From: Bradyrhizobium sp.
GTDB lineage: Bacteria > Pseudomonadota > Alphaproteobacteria > Rhizobiales > Xanthobacteraceae
DNA length: 38,552 bases
Assembly (NCBI GenBank): GCA_036565985.1
Contig: DATCXE010000402.1
Location: forward strand, 1-38,552
Direction: 5' to 3'
Shown here: positions 9,574 through 18,227 of the stretch, piece after piece
How the letters are laid out: each line of letters starts with the position of its first letter
Numbering within the stretch: position 1 is the first letter of the stretch
Translations under genes and position numbers: made by a program
Notes under the pieces: model-generated
What the model was told of the DNA's origin: nothing
The model's database searches: none
Seen by the model: the letters and a program-made list of their open reading frames with translations, nothing else

Positions 9574-10326
9574 TCAGGCGCCTAAATAGGCACCACCATT
9601 GGCGTGGATCGCCTGCCCGTTGATGTAGCGCGCACCGGGCCCGCAAAGGAATCGCACGGTCGCCGCGACATCTTCCGGCCGGCCGCGATTACCGGTGATG
9701 GTCTGGTGGGTCAGATGATGCGCCGGTTCCGGTCTGTCCCTGGGTCGCGGCGTGCCGATCAGGCCGGGAACCACGCAGTTAACGGTAATGCCGTCATCGG
9801 CGAGGTCATGGGCCAGCGCGCGGGTGAAGCCGATGATGCCCGCCTTGGCCGTCACCACATGCGCGCGATTCTTTGCGCCGGTATGCGCACTGAGACCGCC
9901 GATATTGACGATGGTCCCCGCGCCCGACTTGCGCAGCGCCGGAAGGCAGGCCTTCACGCAGTGGAACGTGCCGTCGAGCGTGACGTCGAGGATTTCGCGC
10001 CACGCCGCATAGTCCATCTCGGCGAACGGCTTTTCGCGCCGCAGCGCCGCGTTGTTGACGAGGATATCGATACCGCCGAATGCCTTGACGGCTGCATCCG
10101 CCATTGCCTGCACAGCCACGGCGTCGGCGACGTCGCCGATGTGAGCGAGTGCCTTCCCGCCGGCAGTCTCGATCTCGCGCACGACAGCGTCCGCCTCGGC
10201 GCGGTTACTGCGTGCGTTCACTACGATGGAGGCCCCGCCCTCCGCGAGCGTCAGCGCAATCGCGCGGCCGATATTGCGGCCCGCGCCGGTGACAATGGCG
10301 ACTTTGCCGGCGAGTTCCTTGGTCAT
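9574..10326 (-). CDS. SDR family NAD(P)-dependent oxidoreductase
   Basis: TGAGRNIG, VNNAA, TVNCVVPG, ANGG. The catalytic motif reads HVVTAK rather than YxxxK. Confidence 0.88.
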   Translation of the reverse strand: MTKELAGKVAIVTGAGRNIGRAIALTLAEGGASIVVNARSNRAEADAVVREIETAGGKALAHIGDVADAVAVQAMADAAVKAFGGIDILVNNAALRREKPFAEMDYAAWREILDVTLDGTFHCVKACLPALRKSGAGTIVNIGGLSAHTGAKNRAHVVTAKAGIIGFTRALAHDLADDGITVNCVVPGLIGTPRPRDRPEPAHHLTHQTITGNRGRPEDVAATVRFLCGPGARYINGQAIHANGGAYLGA

Positions 10327-10332
10327 GAGCCG

Positions 10333-11715
10333 CTACCCGCGCAATGAGGAGAGATCGATGCGGCCATTATACAGACTTGCCATCAGTTTCAACGTCGCTT
10401 CACTTTGCGCGGCGCTCCAGCCGCCATGCTCGGCATTGAGCAGAAACTTGTCGGTCACATCTTGCCGCGTCAGCGGCTCCCGTGCGCCGCCACGCAGATA
10501 AGGTTGACGCTCCTCGATCACGCTGCCGTCCCGGAGCGTGGCGCGGATGTGGCCGGTGTAATCGTTCGGATAGGGATTATCAGGGTCGATCACGAATTTC
10601 ACTTTGGCGGCGAGCGATAACACCCGCTCATCGCTAGTGGCGCCATCCGTAAAGGCGCCGAGTCCGACACCGCCATGTACAAACCCCGTGGCCAGCAGAT
10701 AAGGCACCGCAAACTTGGCGGCATACCCATTACGCGGACGCTGCTTGTCGGCCAATGGCTCCCAAAGCCGGTGGACCGTCCCTTCCGCCACCTCGCAGAC
10801 GATTTCGGTGATGTCCTCCGGCTTGATGCCGCGTGCGGCGAGCCGCCGGGCGCAATCGATATAGGGTTGCGCCATCGTTCCGCAGGGATAGGGCTTGAAC
10901 GCCAGCGTGTCCGTCACCCAGCGCGTACCGAAATCGCCCGTCAGCGCCGTGTAATCGCCCTCGGTGGTGTGTGCGAACCCATGGAACAGCCCGTGCACGC
11001 CCTCGAACACCGTCCGCGGACCAGAAAACCCTGCCCGCGCCAACAGCGCCGCACGGATGCCCGATTGCGCCGCCCATCCCGCATGGAGCCGTTTGGTCCA
11101 GGCGCCTTCCGCGAGATATTCGATGATGCCGCCGGCCATGCTGCCAGCCACGCCGAGCGCGTCGACGATTTGTCTCGCGTTGAGGCCAAGCGCTGCGCCG
11201 ACGCCGGCAGCCGCCCCGATCGCACCGAACACCGCGGTCGGATGGAAACCCGCCCTGTGAACGGCCTTAGGCACGACCAGGCTCAAGCGGCACAGCACTT
11301 CGGTACCGACCGCAATCCCGATCAGCGCCATGCGACCGTCCGGATTGTGCCGCTCACAGGCGGCAAGCACCGCCGGCACGATGACCGCGCCGGCATGCAC
11401 CGGACCGCCCTCAAAAGTATCGTCGAAATCCTCACCGTGTGCGGCGGTACCGTTGACGAACGCGGCACCTGCCGCCGTCAGCCTGCGCTTGTGCCCGATC
11501 GCCGTGCAGGGGCCGTCATCGTCGCAACCGGCCAGCGCGCTTACGACGTAGTCCTCATGGCGCGCAGTCACGCATAATCCGACCACGTCGATCAGCAGAT
11601 CCTCGCATTTGCGCGTGGTCTCGGACGGCAATATGCCGGGCTTCAGCGCGACGATTTTGCCGGCAAGCGTCTCGGCGACCGATGTCGTGGGCAGTCCCGG
11701 GCCCATGCCGATCAA
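10333..11715 (-). CDS. MmgE/PrpD family protein
   Basis: AAFVNGTAAHGEDFDD, HAG, GFHPT, TKRLHAG, FKPYPCG, AKFAVPY. Start is TTG 11715 (overlapping the upstream stop) or ATG 11706. Confidence 0.9.
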   Translation of the reverse strand: MIGMGPGLPTTSVAETLAGKIVALKPGILPSETTRKCEDLLIDVVGLCVTARHEDYVVSALAGCDDDGPCTAIGHKRRLTAAGAAFVNGTAAHGEDFDDTFEGGPVHAGAVIVPAVLAACERHNPDGRMALIGIAVGTEVLCRLSLVVPKAVHRAGFHPTAVFGAIGAAAGVGAALGLNARQIVDALGVAGSMAGGIIEYLAEGAWTKRLHAGWAAQSGIRAALLARAGFSGPRTVFEGVHGLFHGFAHTTEGDYTALTGDFGTRWVTDTLAFKPYPCGTMAQPYIDCARRLAARGIKPEDITEIVCEVAEGTVHRLWEPLADKQRPRNGYAAKFAVPYLLATGFVHGGVGLGAFTDGATSDERVLSLAAKVKFVIDPDNPYPNDYTGHIRATLRDGSVIEERQPYLRGGAREPLTRQDVTDKFLLNAEHGGWSAAQSEATLKLMASLYNGRIDLSSLRG

Positions 11716-12779
11716 ACGCGGAAGATCCTGGTGTAGCGCGCCTTGATCGCCTCACCCTCCTTCTCGACCGCCGCAGCATCGTCTTTCATGGTCTTGATGT
11801 CCTTGAGCGGCTTGCGCCCGGCTTTCTCGCTGGTTTGCGAATGCACCGAGCGAAGGCCGCCGACATCGATAATGAGTTGCTGGGCTTCCCGGCTGAGGCT
11901 GAAGGACTGGAACAGCCGTGCGGCCTTCGGATGAGGCGCATCCTTGAAGACCCCGTTCGGTCCGATGATCAGGGGCGATCCTTCGCTGGCATAAACCGGC
12001 TCGACCGGGCGGCCCGCCTCCTTCATCTGGAAAATGTTGTACTCGTTGCCGTCGGCCATCACCGCGCGCTCGCCGAGATCGAGTTTCTTCGGCGGATCGG
12101 CCGATGACTGAACCTGCATGATGTTCTGCTTCGCAAGCTGTTCGAAGAAGCTCCAGCCGAGATCGCGCTGCATCTGATAGGTCGCGGTCATGATGGTACC
12201 GCTGTAGCCGGGATGCGCCTTGACGATCTTGCCCTTCCATTTGGGATCGAGCAGGTCGGCAAAACTCCTGGGCGCGTCGTCTGCCTTCACCAGATTGGTG
12301 CTGTAGGCGATGATGCTCAGCCAAACACGAAAGCTCGCGAACTGGCCGTCGGGATCCCTGTGCTCGTCGGGATAGAATTTTGCAACATCCTCCGTCACGA
12401 AGGGCGCCAGGATGCCATCGCGCTTCCAGACGATGAAATGCGCGGCATCGGACGAATTCACCACGTCGACGGCGTGAATATTGCTGGCGTATTCCTGGCC
12501 GATGCGCTGGAACACGCGTTCCGCCCCGGTGCGCTCGACGCGGACCGCGATCCCCGGATACTTTGCCTCGAACGCCTTGGCCAGCTTCTCGGCGACCGGC
12601 AGATCGGTCGAAGTGTAGTAGATGACCTGGCCTTCCTTCTTCGCCGCTGCGATCAGTTCAGGTGTGACCGGTTCCGGCGGCGGCGCAGCGGCCATCACGC
12701 GGGTGGAGAATGCTGCGCCTGCGAGAACGGCGCCGGTGCCAGCCAGCATTTGGCGGCGCGAGATCCCTGGGTGTTTCAT
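11712..12779 (-). CDS. ABC-type extracellular solute-binding protein (AfuA/PotD-like fold) with twin-arginine signal
   Basis: SRRQMLAG signal, AAKKEGQVIYYTS, DLLDPKWKGKI, APHPKAARLF. Confidence 0.85.
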   Translation of the reverse strand: MKHPGISRRQMLAGTGAVLAGAAFSTRVMAAAPPPEPVTPELIAAAKKEGQVIYYTSTDLPVAEKLAKAFEAKYPGIAVRVERTGAERVFQRIGQEYASNIHAVDVVNSSDAAHFIVWKRDGILAPFVTEDVAKFYPDEHRDPDGQFASFRVWLSIIAYSTNLVKADDAPRSFADLLDPKWKGKIVKAHPGYSGTIMTATYQMQRDLGWSFFEQLAKQNIMQVQSSADPPKKLDLGERAVMADGNEYNIFQMKEAGRPVEPVYASEGSPLIIGPNGVFKDAPHPKAARLFQSFSLSREAQQLIIDVGGLRSVHSQTSEKAGRKPLKDIKTMKDDAAAVEKEGEAIKARYTRIFRV

Positions 12780-12969
12780 GTCTTCATTCCCCGCGCTTGT
12801 TGGCGAAGTGAGATACACCTGAACGTCTGCATTATTCCTATGGATTGCCCGCTGTCCATCGCCCACCGCGTTGCTCCCGCAGTTCGGGACTAGCGGACCG
12901 CGCGCAGATAGCTAGACTTGGCACGAGGCCGGCTAACAGGCAGAGAGCACCTAGTACAGGGAGGTTGAT

Positions 12970-13950
12970 ATGGGGGGCCTGGGGTCAGCGTTAGCTCTGG
13001 CCGCGTTTCTGGCTACGTCGCCCGTCATTTTGCCCACGCCAGGCCTGGCGCAGGACTATCCATCACGTCCGGTAAAGGTGATCGTCCCCTTCGGCGCAGG
13101 CGGGCCTGCCGACGTCACCGCCCGCCAGATCGGCAGCATTTTGCAGGAAACCCTTGGCCAGCCGTTCGTCGTCGAAAACCGTACCGGGGCCGGCGGCGTC
13201 ATCGGCACGCAGGAAGCCGCCAAGTCACCGCCGGACGGCTACACGCTGCTGATGATGTCGAACACCCAGACCGCGAATGAATCGCTGGTTCCGCAGCGCA
13301 AATACGAACTGATGCGCGACCTTGCGCCCATCGCACCAGTCAATTACTCCGACCTCGTCATCGTGGTTCATCCCTCCGTGCAGGCAAAGACGCTGCAGGA
13401 GTTCATCGCGCTCGCCAAGTCGCAGCCCGGGAAGTTGAACTACGCATCCTCGGGCCAGGGCACGCCGTATCACATGGCCGGCGAACTGTTCAAAGCCATG
13501 GCAGGGATCGATCTGGTGCACGTGCCTTATCGTAATAGTGGCGAGGCGCGCAGCGGCGTGATCGGCGGCCAGGTGCAGATGATGATCGACGCAGTTCCGG
13601 CGATGGCCCCCAACATCGCGGAAAATCAGGTGCGCGCGCTGGCGACCACGGGCAAGACGCGTTCGACCGTTCTGCCCAATGCTCCGACGGTGATCGAGGC
13701 CGGCATTCCCGGCTATGAGGCCACCATCTGGCTCGGCCTGATGGCGCCGGCGGGTACGCCGGGGCCGATCATCGACAAGATCAACGCGGCCGTGAATGCG
13801 GCGGTGAAGCGCCCTGAGATCGTCAAGTTCTGGACCCAGCAAGGCGCCGTCCCGATGTCGATGACGCCGGATGAGTTCGACAAATTCCTGCGCGGCGATA
13901 TTGTGAAGTGGGCGGAAGTCGTCAAGAAGTTCGACAAGCCACCGCAATAA
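12970..13950 (+). CDS. tripartite tricarboxylate transporter substrate-binding protein (Bug/TctC family)
   Basis: YPSRPVKVIVPFGAGGPAD, VENRTGAGG, PPDGYTL, HVPYR; GGAGG SD. Confidence 0.92.
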   Translation: MGGLGSALALAAFLATSPVILPTPGLAQDYPSRPVKVIVPFGAGGPADVTARQIGSILQETLGQPFVVENRTGAGGVIGTQEAAKSPPDGYTLLMMSNTQTANESLVPQRKYELMRDLAPIAPVNYSDLVIVVHPSVQAKTLQEFIALAKSQPGKLNYASSGQGTPYHMAGELFKAMAGIDLVHVPYRNSGEARSGVIGGQVQMMIDAVPAMAPNIAENQVRALATTGKTRSTVLPNAPTVIEAGIPGYEATIWLGLMAPAGTPGPIIDKINAAVNAAVKRPEIVKFWTQQGAVPMSMTPDEFDKFLRGDIVKWAEVVKKFDKPPQ

Positions 13951-13977
13951 GAAGCACAGGAGAAGGGCTCGCCCTCG

Positions 13978-14448
13978 ATGCCGAACTTTCGATTCCGCCT
14001 TAACGGCGCTGAGATGGAAGTGGACGCCGATCCCGATCGGTCGCTGCTGGATATTCTGCGCAGCCAGTTCGGCATCACCGGCGCGCATTTCGGCTGCGGC
14101 GCCGGCGAGTGTGGCGCCTGCAATGTCATCATCGGCGATCACGCGGTGTCCGCCTGCGATACGCCGCTCTGGTCGGTCGCGGACAAGGATGTCATCACGG
14201 TCGAAGGGCTTGGAACGAGCGAGCGACCCCACCCGCTGCAGCGCGCCTTCATTGCCGAGCAGGCGCTGCAATGCGGCTATTGCGTTTCGGGCATCCTCAT
14301 GAGTGCTGCGGCGCTGTTGCAGCGAAATCCCTCACCAACGAGCCGGGAGGTGAAGGAAGCGCTTGACCGCAACCTGTGCCGCTGCGGTTCGCACAACCGC
14401 ATGGTGCGGGCGGTGCTGCGCGCGGCGCAAGAAATGGCGGCGGGATGA
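13978..14448 (+). CDS. (2Fe-2S)-binding small subunit of a xanthine-oxidase-family Mo hydroxylase
   Basis: GCGAGECGAC and QCGYC...NLCRCG motifs. Confidence 0.93.
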   Translation: MPNFRFRLNGAEMEVDADPDRSLLDILRSQFGITGAHFGCGAGECGACNVIIGDHAVSACDTPLWSVADKDVITVEGLGTSERPHPLQRAFIAEQALQCGYCVSGILMSAAALLQRNPSPTSREVKEALDRNLCRCGSHNRMVRAVLRAAQEMAAG

Positions 14449-16583
14449 ACCAGCAGCCCCCCGCTCCGTCTCCGTCCAAATTGCCGGTGAGCCTCGCGGC
14501 GAACCCGAAATTGTCGTCGTGGCTCAAATTCTCAGGCACGGGACAGGTGACGGTCTCGCCGGGAAAGGTGGAGATCGGACAAGGCATCGTAACGGCGCTG
14601 GCGCAGATCGCCGCCGACGAACTCGACATCGACCTGTCACGCGTGCAGATGGTTCGGGCGTCGACCGCGACCAGCCCCAACGAAGGCGTCACTTCGGGCA
14701 GCCTCTCCATCCAGCAATCGGGCCGCGCGCTGCGTCATGCCTGCGCCGAGGTGCGCGGAATATTTCTGCAGCAGGCGGCGGAACGGCTGGGCGTCGATAT
14801 CGACGCGCTCGATGTCGAGGACGGCACGATTTCCGGCCCCGGGAATGTCAGGACCAGCTATTGGGAGCTTGCCGACGAAGTCTCGCTCGATCGCGACGCC
14901 ACGCCGGACGCGCGGCCGAAGGCAGCGACGCGACGCGCGCTGGCCGGCAATTCGATTCCGCGGCTCGACATTCCTGACAAGGTTTTTGGCCGATCGCGAT
15001 TCATCCACGATCAGGCGCTGGCGGGAATGCTGCACGGCCGCGTGCTGCGGCCGGAGAATGCGCGCGCAAAGCTTATGGAATTGAACGAGGATGGCGCCCG
15101 GGCGATTGCTGGTCTCGTCGCGGTCGTACGCGACGGCAGTTTTGCGGGCGTCGTGAGCGACACCGAGCACGGCGCGGAACTGGCCTTGCAGGCCTTGCGC
15201 AAGGGCGCGACCTGGACCGTCGGCGAGGCACTGCCCGACGAACATGATCTGGCGTCATTTCTGAAAGCCCAGCCATCGGAATCGACGGTCATCGACAAGA
15301 AGACGGCGGCATTGCCCGGCGTAACGACGCGCACCTTCCGGCGGCAGTATACCCGGCCCTACATCGCACACGCATCGATCGCGCCGTCCTGTGCGATGGC
15401 GCAATGGAATGGCGACCACGTTCGTGTCTGGACCCACAGCCAGGGCGTCTATCTCCTGCGTGCCGATCTGGCGCTGGTTCTCAAGCTGCCGGCCGAGAAC
15501 ATCACGGTCGAGCACATGGAGGGCGCCGGCTGCTACGGGCATAACGCCGCCGACGACGTCGCGCTCGATGCCGCCCTGCTCGCCAAGGCTGCCGGCGGCC
15601 GACCGGTGCGGGTTCAGTGGTCTCGCCACGGCGAGATGTCGGATGCGCCGTTCGGGGCGGCCATGGCGATCGAGATCGAGGCGGACCTGGATGCGCAGGG
15701 CGAGATCACCGGCTGGCGGCACGATGTCTGGGGCAACGGTCATGTGGCACGGCCGGGGCGCGCGGCACTCCCCGCCCTGCTGGCAGGATTCGAACTGGCA
15801 AAGCCGTTTCCTCGCATGGTCTCGACCAACCCTCCCCAGGCAAACGGCGGCGGCAGCGATCGCAACTCGGTTCCGCTCTATGATTTTCCTTCCTGGCGCA
15901 TCGAATGCCATCGGCTGACGACCATGCCTATCCGCACTTCCGCGCTGCGGACTCTTGGCGGACAGGGCAATGTGTTCGCCGTCGAATCCTTCCTCGATGA
16001 ACTTGCCGCCGAACGCGGCGAAGATCCGGTCGCATTCCGGCTGCGCCACCTGCGGGATGAACGGGCGAAGGACGTTATACGCGCTGCGGCCAAGCGCGCC
16101 AGGTGGAAGCCGGGGAAGCAGGCCAACATCGGCCATGGCGTCGGCTTTGCCCGCTACAAGAACACCGGAGCCTATTGCGCCGCGATCGCCGAGATCGAGA
16201 GCGCCGAGGACATCCGCGTAAGAAAGCTGACGCTGGCGGTCGATGTCGGCGAGGCCATCAATCCGGACGGCGTCGTCAACCAGATCGAGGGTGGCGCCAT
16301 TCAGGCGACGAGTTGGGTGTTGAAGGAACGCGTCCGCTTCGACCGGCAACGCATCACCAGCACCAGCTGGACCGAGTATCCGATCCTGCGTTTCAGCGAA
16401 GTGCCCGATGTCGAGGTCGAGGTGATCCAGCGTCCGGAGGTGGACCCGGTCGGCGCCGGCGAAGCCGCCCACGGCCCGGTGACGGCCGCCATCGCCAACG
16501 CGGTGTTCGACGCACTCGGCGTGCGCGTGCGTCATCTGCCGATCACGCGCGACGCAATCATTGCCGCCATGGAACAGACTTGA
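14445..16583 (+). CDS. molybdopterin-binding large subunit, IorB/NicB-like
   Basis: GKVEIGQG, QIAADELD, GCYGHN, SALRTLG, NPDGVVNQIEGG, GAGEAA. ATGA overlap with the small subunit. Confidence 0.9.
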   Translation: MNQQPPAPSPSKLPVSLAANPKLSSWLKFSGTGQVTVSPGKVEIGQGIVTALAQIAADELDIDLSRVQMVRASTATSPNEGVTSGSLSIQQSGRALRHACAEVRGIFLQQAAERLGVDIDALDVEDGTISGPGNVRTSYWELADEVSLDRDATPDARPKAATRRALAGNSIPRLDIPDKVFGRSRFIHDQALAGMLHGRVLRPENARAKLMELNEDGARAIAGLVAVVRDGSFAGVVSDTEHGAELALQALRKGATWTVGEALPDEHDLASFLKAQPSESTVIDKKTAALPGVTTRTFRRQYTRPYIAHASIAPSCAMAQWNGDHVRVWTHSQGVYLLRADLALVLKLPAENITVEHMEGAGCYGHNAADDVALDAALLAKAAGGRPVRVQWSRHGEMSDAPFGAAMAIEIEADLDAQGEITGWRHDVWGNGHVARPGRAALPALLAGFELAKPFPRMVSTNPPQANGGGSDRNSVPLYDFPSWRIECHRLTTMPIRTSALRTLGGQGNVFAVESFLDELAAERGEDPVAFRLRHLRDERAKDVIRAAAKRARWKPGKQANIGHGVGFARYKNTGAYCAAIAEIESAEDIRVRKLTLAVDVGEAINPDGVVNQIEGGAIQATSWVLKERVRFDRQRITSTSWTEYPILRFSEVPDVEVEVIQRPEVDPVGAGEAAHGPVTAAIANAVFDALGVRVRHLPITRDAIIAAMEQT

Positions 16584-17281
16584 TGAGCCGCCTGAACATT
16601 CTCAGCGGCGGCGCCGCACAGGGCCTGGTCGGAAGCCTTTCGTCGACTTTCAAGGCCCAAACCGGATTTGATATCGCCGGTGAATTTGGCGCGGTCGGCG
16701 TCATGGCAGATAAATTGCGCAATAGTGCGCCGGCTGACATCGTCATCCTGACCGCGGCGCTCCTTGCCAGACTGGCGGCCGAGAATCTTGTTGCAGCCCC
16801 TTCGATCACTGATGTTGGTTTGGTTGAAACTGCCCTTGCCGTCCGTACCGGCGATCCCAAGGCCACCGTCAGGGATGCCGCTGATTTGCGCGAGATCCTG
16901 CTGGCCGCAGATGCGGTCTTCGTGCCCGATACCAAGGCCTCGACGGCCGGAATTCACGTCGCGACCGTTCTTCGGCAACTGGGCATCGCCGATGTGGTTG
17001 CCGCCCGCCTCAGGATTTTCCCGAATGGAGCAACCGCGATGCGCAAACTCGCAGCCTCCGAGGCGCGACGTCCGATCGGCTGCACGCAATCGACCGAGAT
17101 CATCAGCACCGAGGGTGTGACGTTGTCTGGCTCACTGCCACCGGGCTGCGAACTCGCAACCATGTACACGGCGGCTATCACGACGAAGGCAGCCCATCCG
17201 CAACAAGCCCAGGAATTGATCGACCTGCTGACCGGCGCCGATCAGCATGAAAAGCGAAAGCGCGCCGGCTTCGTCAGCTAG
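16583..17281 (+). CDS. ModA-like (SBP_bac_11) periplasmic-binding-fold protein without signal peptide
   Basis: MSRLNILSGGA, FGAVG, ADIVIL, STAGIH, GCTQSTEI, TMYTAAI. TGATG overlap fixes the start at 16583. Confidence 0.8.
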   Translation: MSRLNILSGGAAQGLVGSLSSTFKAQTGFDIAGEFGAVGVMADKLRNSAPADIVILTAALLARLAAENLVAAPSITDVGLVETALAVRTGDPKATVRDAADLREILLAADAVFVPDTKASTAGIHVATVLRQLGIADVVAARLRIFPNGATAMRKLAASEARRPIGCTQSTEIISTEGVTLSGSLPPGCELATMYTAAITTKAAHPQQAQELIDLLTGADQHEKRKRAGFVS

Positions 17282-17331
17282 GCCCGAGCGCATCAGTCCA
17301 ACTCGTGGCCAAGCCGTGCGCCGCACGCGCA

Positions 17332-17369
17332 GTTTCAAACCTGTGCGTTTCAAACGTGCACGTTTCAAC
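17332..17369. repeat. three GTTTCAA(A)C direct repeats with 15-bp period
   Basis: GTTTCAAAC at 17332 and 17347, GTTTCAAC at 17362. Confidence 0.75.
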
Positions 17370-17385
17370 GCTGCGTATGTACGAT

Positions 17386-17421
17386 TTGTAGTTGCCAGGA
17401 CAAGTTCATATACTAATATAT
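17386..17421 (+). promoter_or_regulatory. sigma70-like promoter with overlapping near-palindromic candidate GntR operator
   Basis: TTGTAG(17386-91)-N17-TATACT(17409-14). ATATACTAATATAT (17408-21) is one base pair from a perfect palindrome. Confidence 0.6.
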
Positions 17422-17438
17422 CAATCGAGGACGCAGCC

Positions 17439-18182
17439 ATGCCCGCAGGCGCATCTAAAAGGACGGATCCAAGGGTTCGCCGAATTGCTGCCGGCACGCG
17501 CCGCAGCGGCCGACCTCGTGCAGCGACGGCCGCGTCGAGGATCTACTCCGACCTTCGGATCGAGTTGGTGTCGCTGCAGCGCCCCCCCGGCGAAGCGATC
17601 TCGGAGGCGCAGATCGCACTCTCCTACGGCGTGAGCCGCACGCCCGTCCGCGAGGCAATACTCAAACTATCGGACGAAGGCCTGCTGGAGATCTATCCCC
17701 AATCCGGCATCTTCGTTTCGCGCATTCCGGTCGCAGCACTCCCCGAAGCCATCATCATTCGCAAGGCGCTGGAGGAAACCACCGCGCGGATGGCTGCGGA
17801 ACGCGCGACGTCAAGTCAGATTCTAGCACTACAGTCGATCCTGGAGCAGCAGCGAGAGGCCACTGCAGTTGGCGACAACAGCGCGTTCCATCAGGCCGAC
17901 GAAACGTTTCATGCTATGGTCGCCGATGTCGCCGGCTATCCTGGGATCTGGAAATACATCCAGCAGGTGAAAGTTCACGTCGATCGCTATCGACGGCTAA
18001 CCCTTCCCCAGCGCGGCCGAATGCCAAAAGTCATTGCCGAACATGAGGCTGTCCTGAACGCGATCGAGGCACATGATCCCGAGGGCGCAAGACGGGCCAT
18101 GGAGACCCATCTGGAAAACCTTCTCGAAAATATCTCGGCTACCCGACACATCAATCCGGAGTACTTCGACGAGCGATCCTAG
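17439..18182 (+). CDS. GntR family (FadR/FCD) transcriptional regulator
   Basis: HTH YGVSRTPVREA, FCD domain DETFH...EHEAV...HL; GAGG SD before ATG 17439. Confidence 0.92.
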   Translation: MPAGASKRTDPRVRRIAAGTRRSGRPRAATAASRIYSDLRIELVSLQRPPGEAISEAQIALSYGVSRTPVREAILKLSDEGLLEIYPQSGIFVSRIPVAALPEAIIIRKALEETTARMAAERATSSQILALQSILEQQREATAVGDNSAFHQADETFHAMVADVAGYPGIWKYIQQVKVHVDRYRRLTLPQRGRMPKVIAEHEAVLNAIEAHDPEGARRAMETHLENLLENISATRHINPEYFDERS

Positions 18183-18227
18183 AATTGCAAAGCCCACAAA
18201 ACGATAAACAACATCAGGAGGAACACC

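Noticed and set aside
12919-12934. Possible sigma54 promoter TGGCACG-AGGC-CGGCT before the TTT gene
   Set aside because: GG-N10-GC spacing fits, but the -12 element lacks TTGC and no enhancer-binding protein gene is nearby. Too weak to call.
16103-16582. N-terminal extension of the ModA-like ORF (392 aa in the track)
   Set aside because: It overlaps the Mo large subunit out of frame; TGATG coupling indicates a start at 16583.
17332-17369. GTTTCAA repeats resembling the start of CRISPR repeats
   Set aside because: The period is only 15 bp, with no 25-40 bp repeats or spacers and no cas genes.
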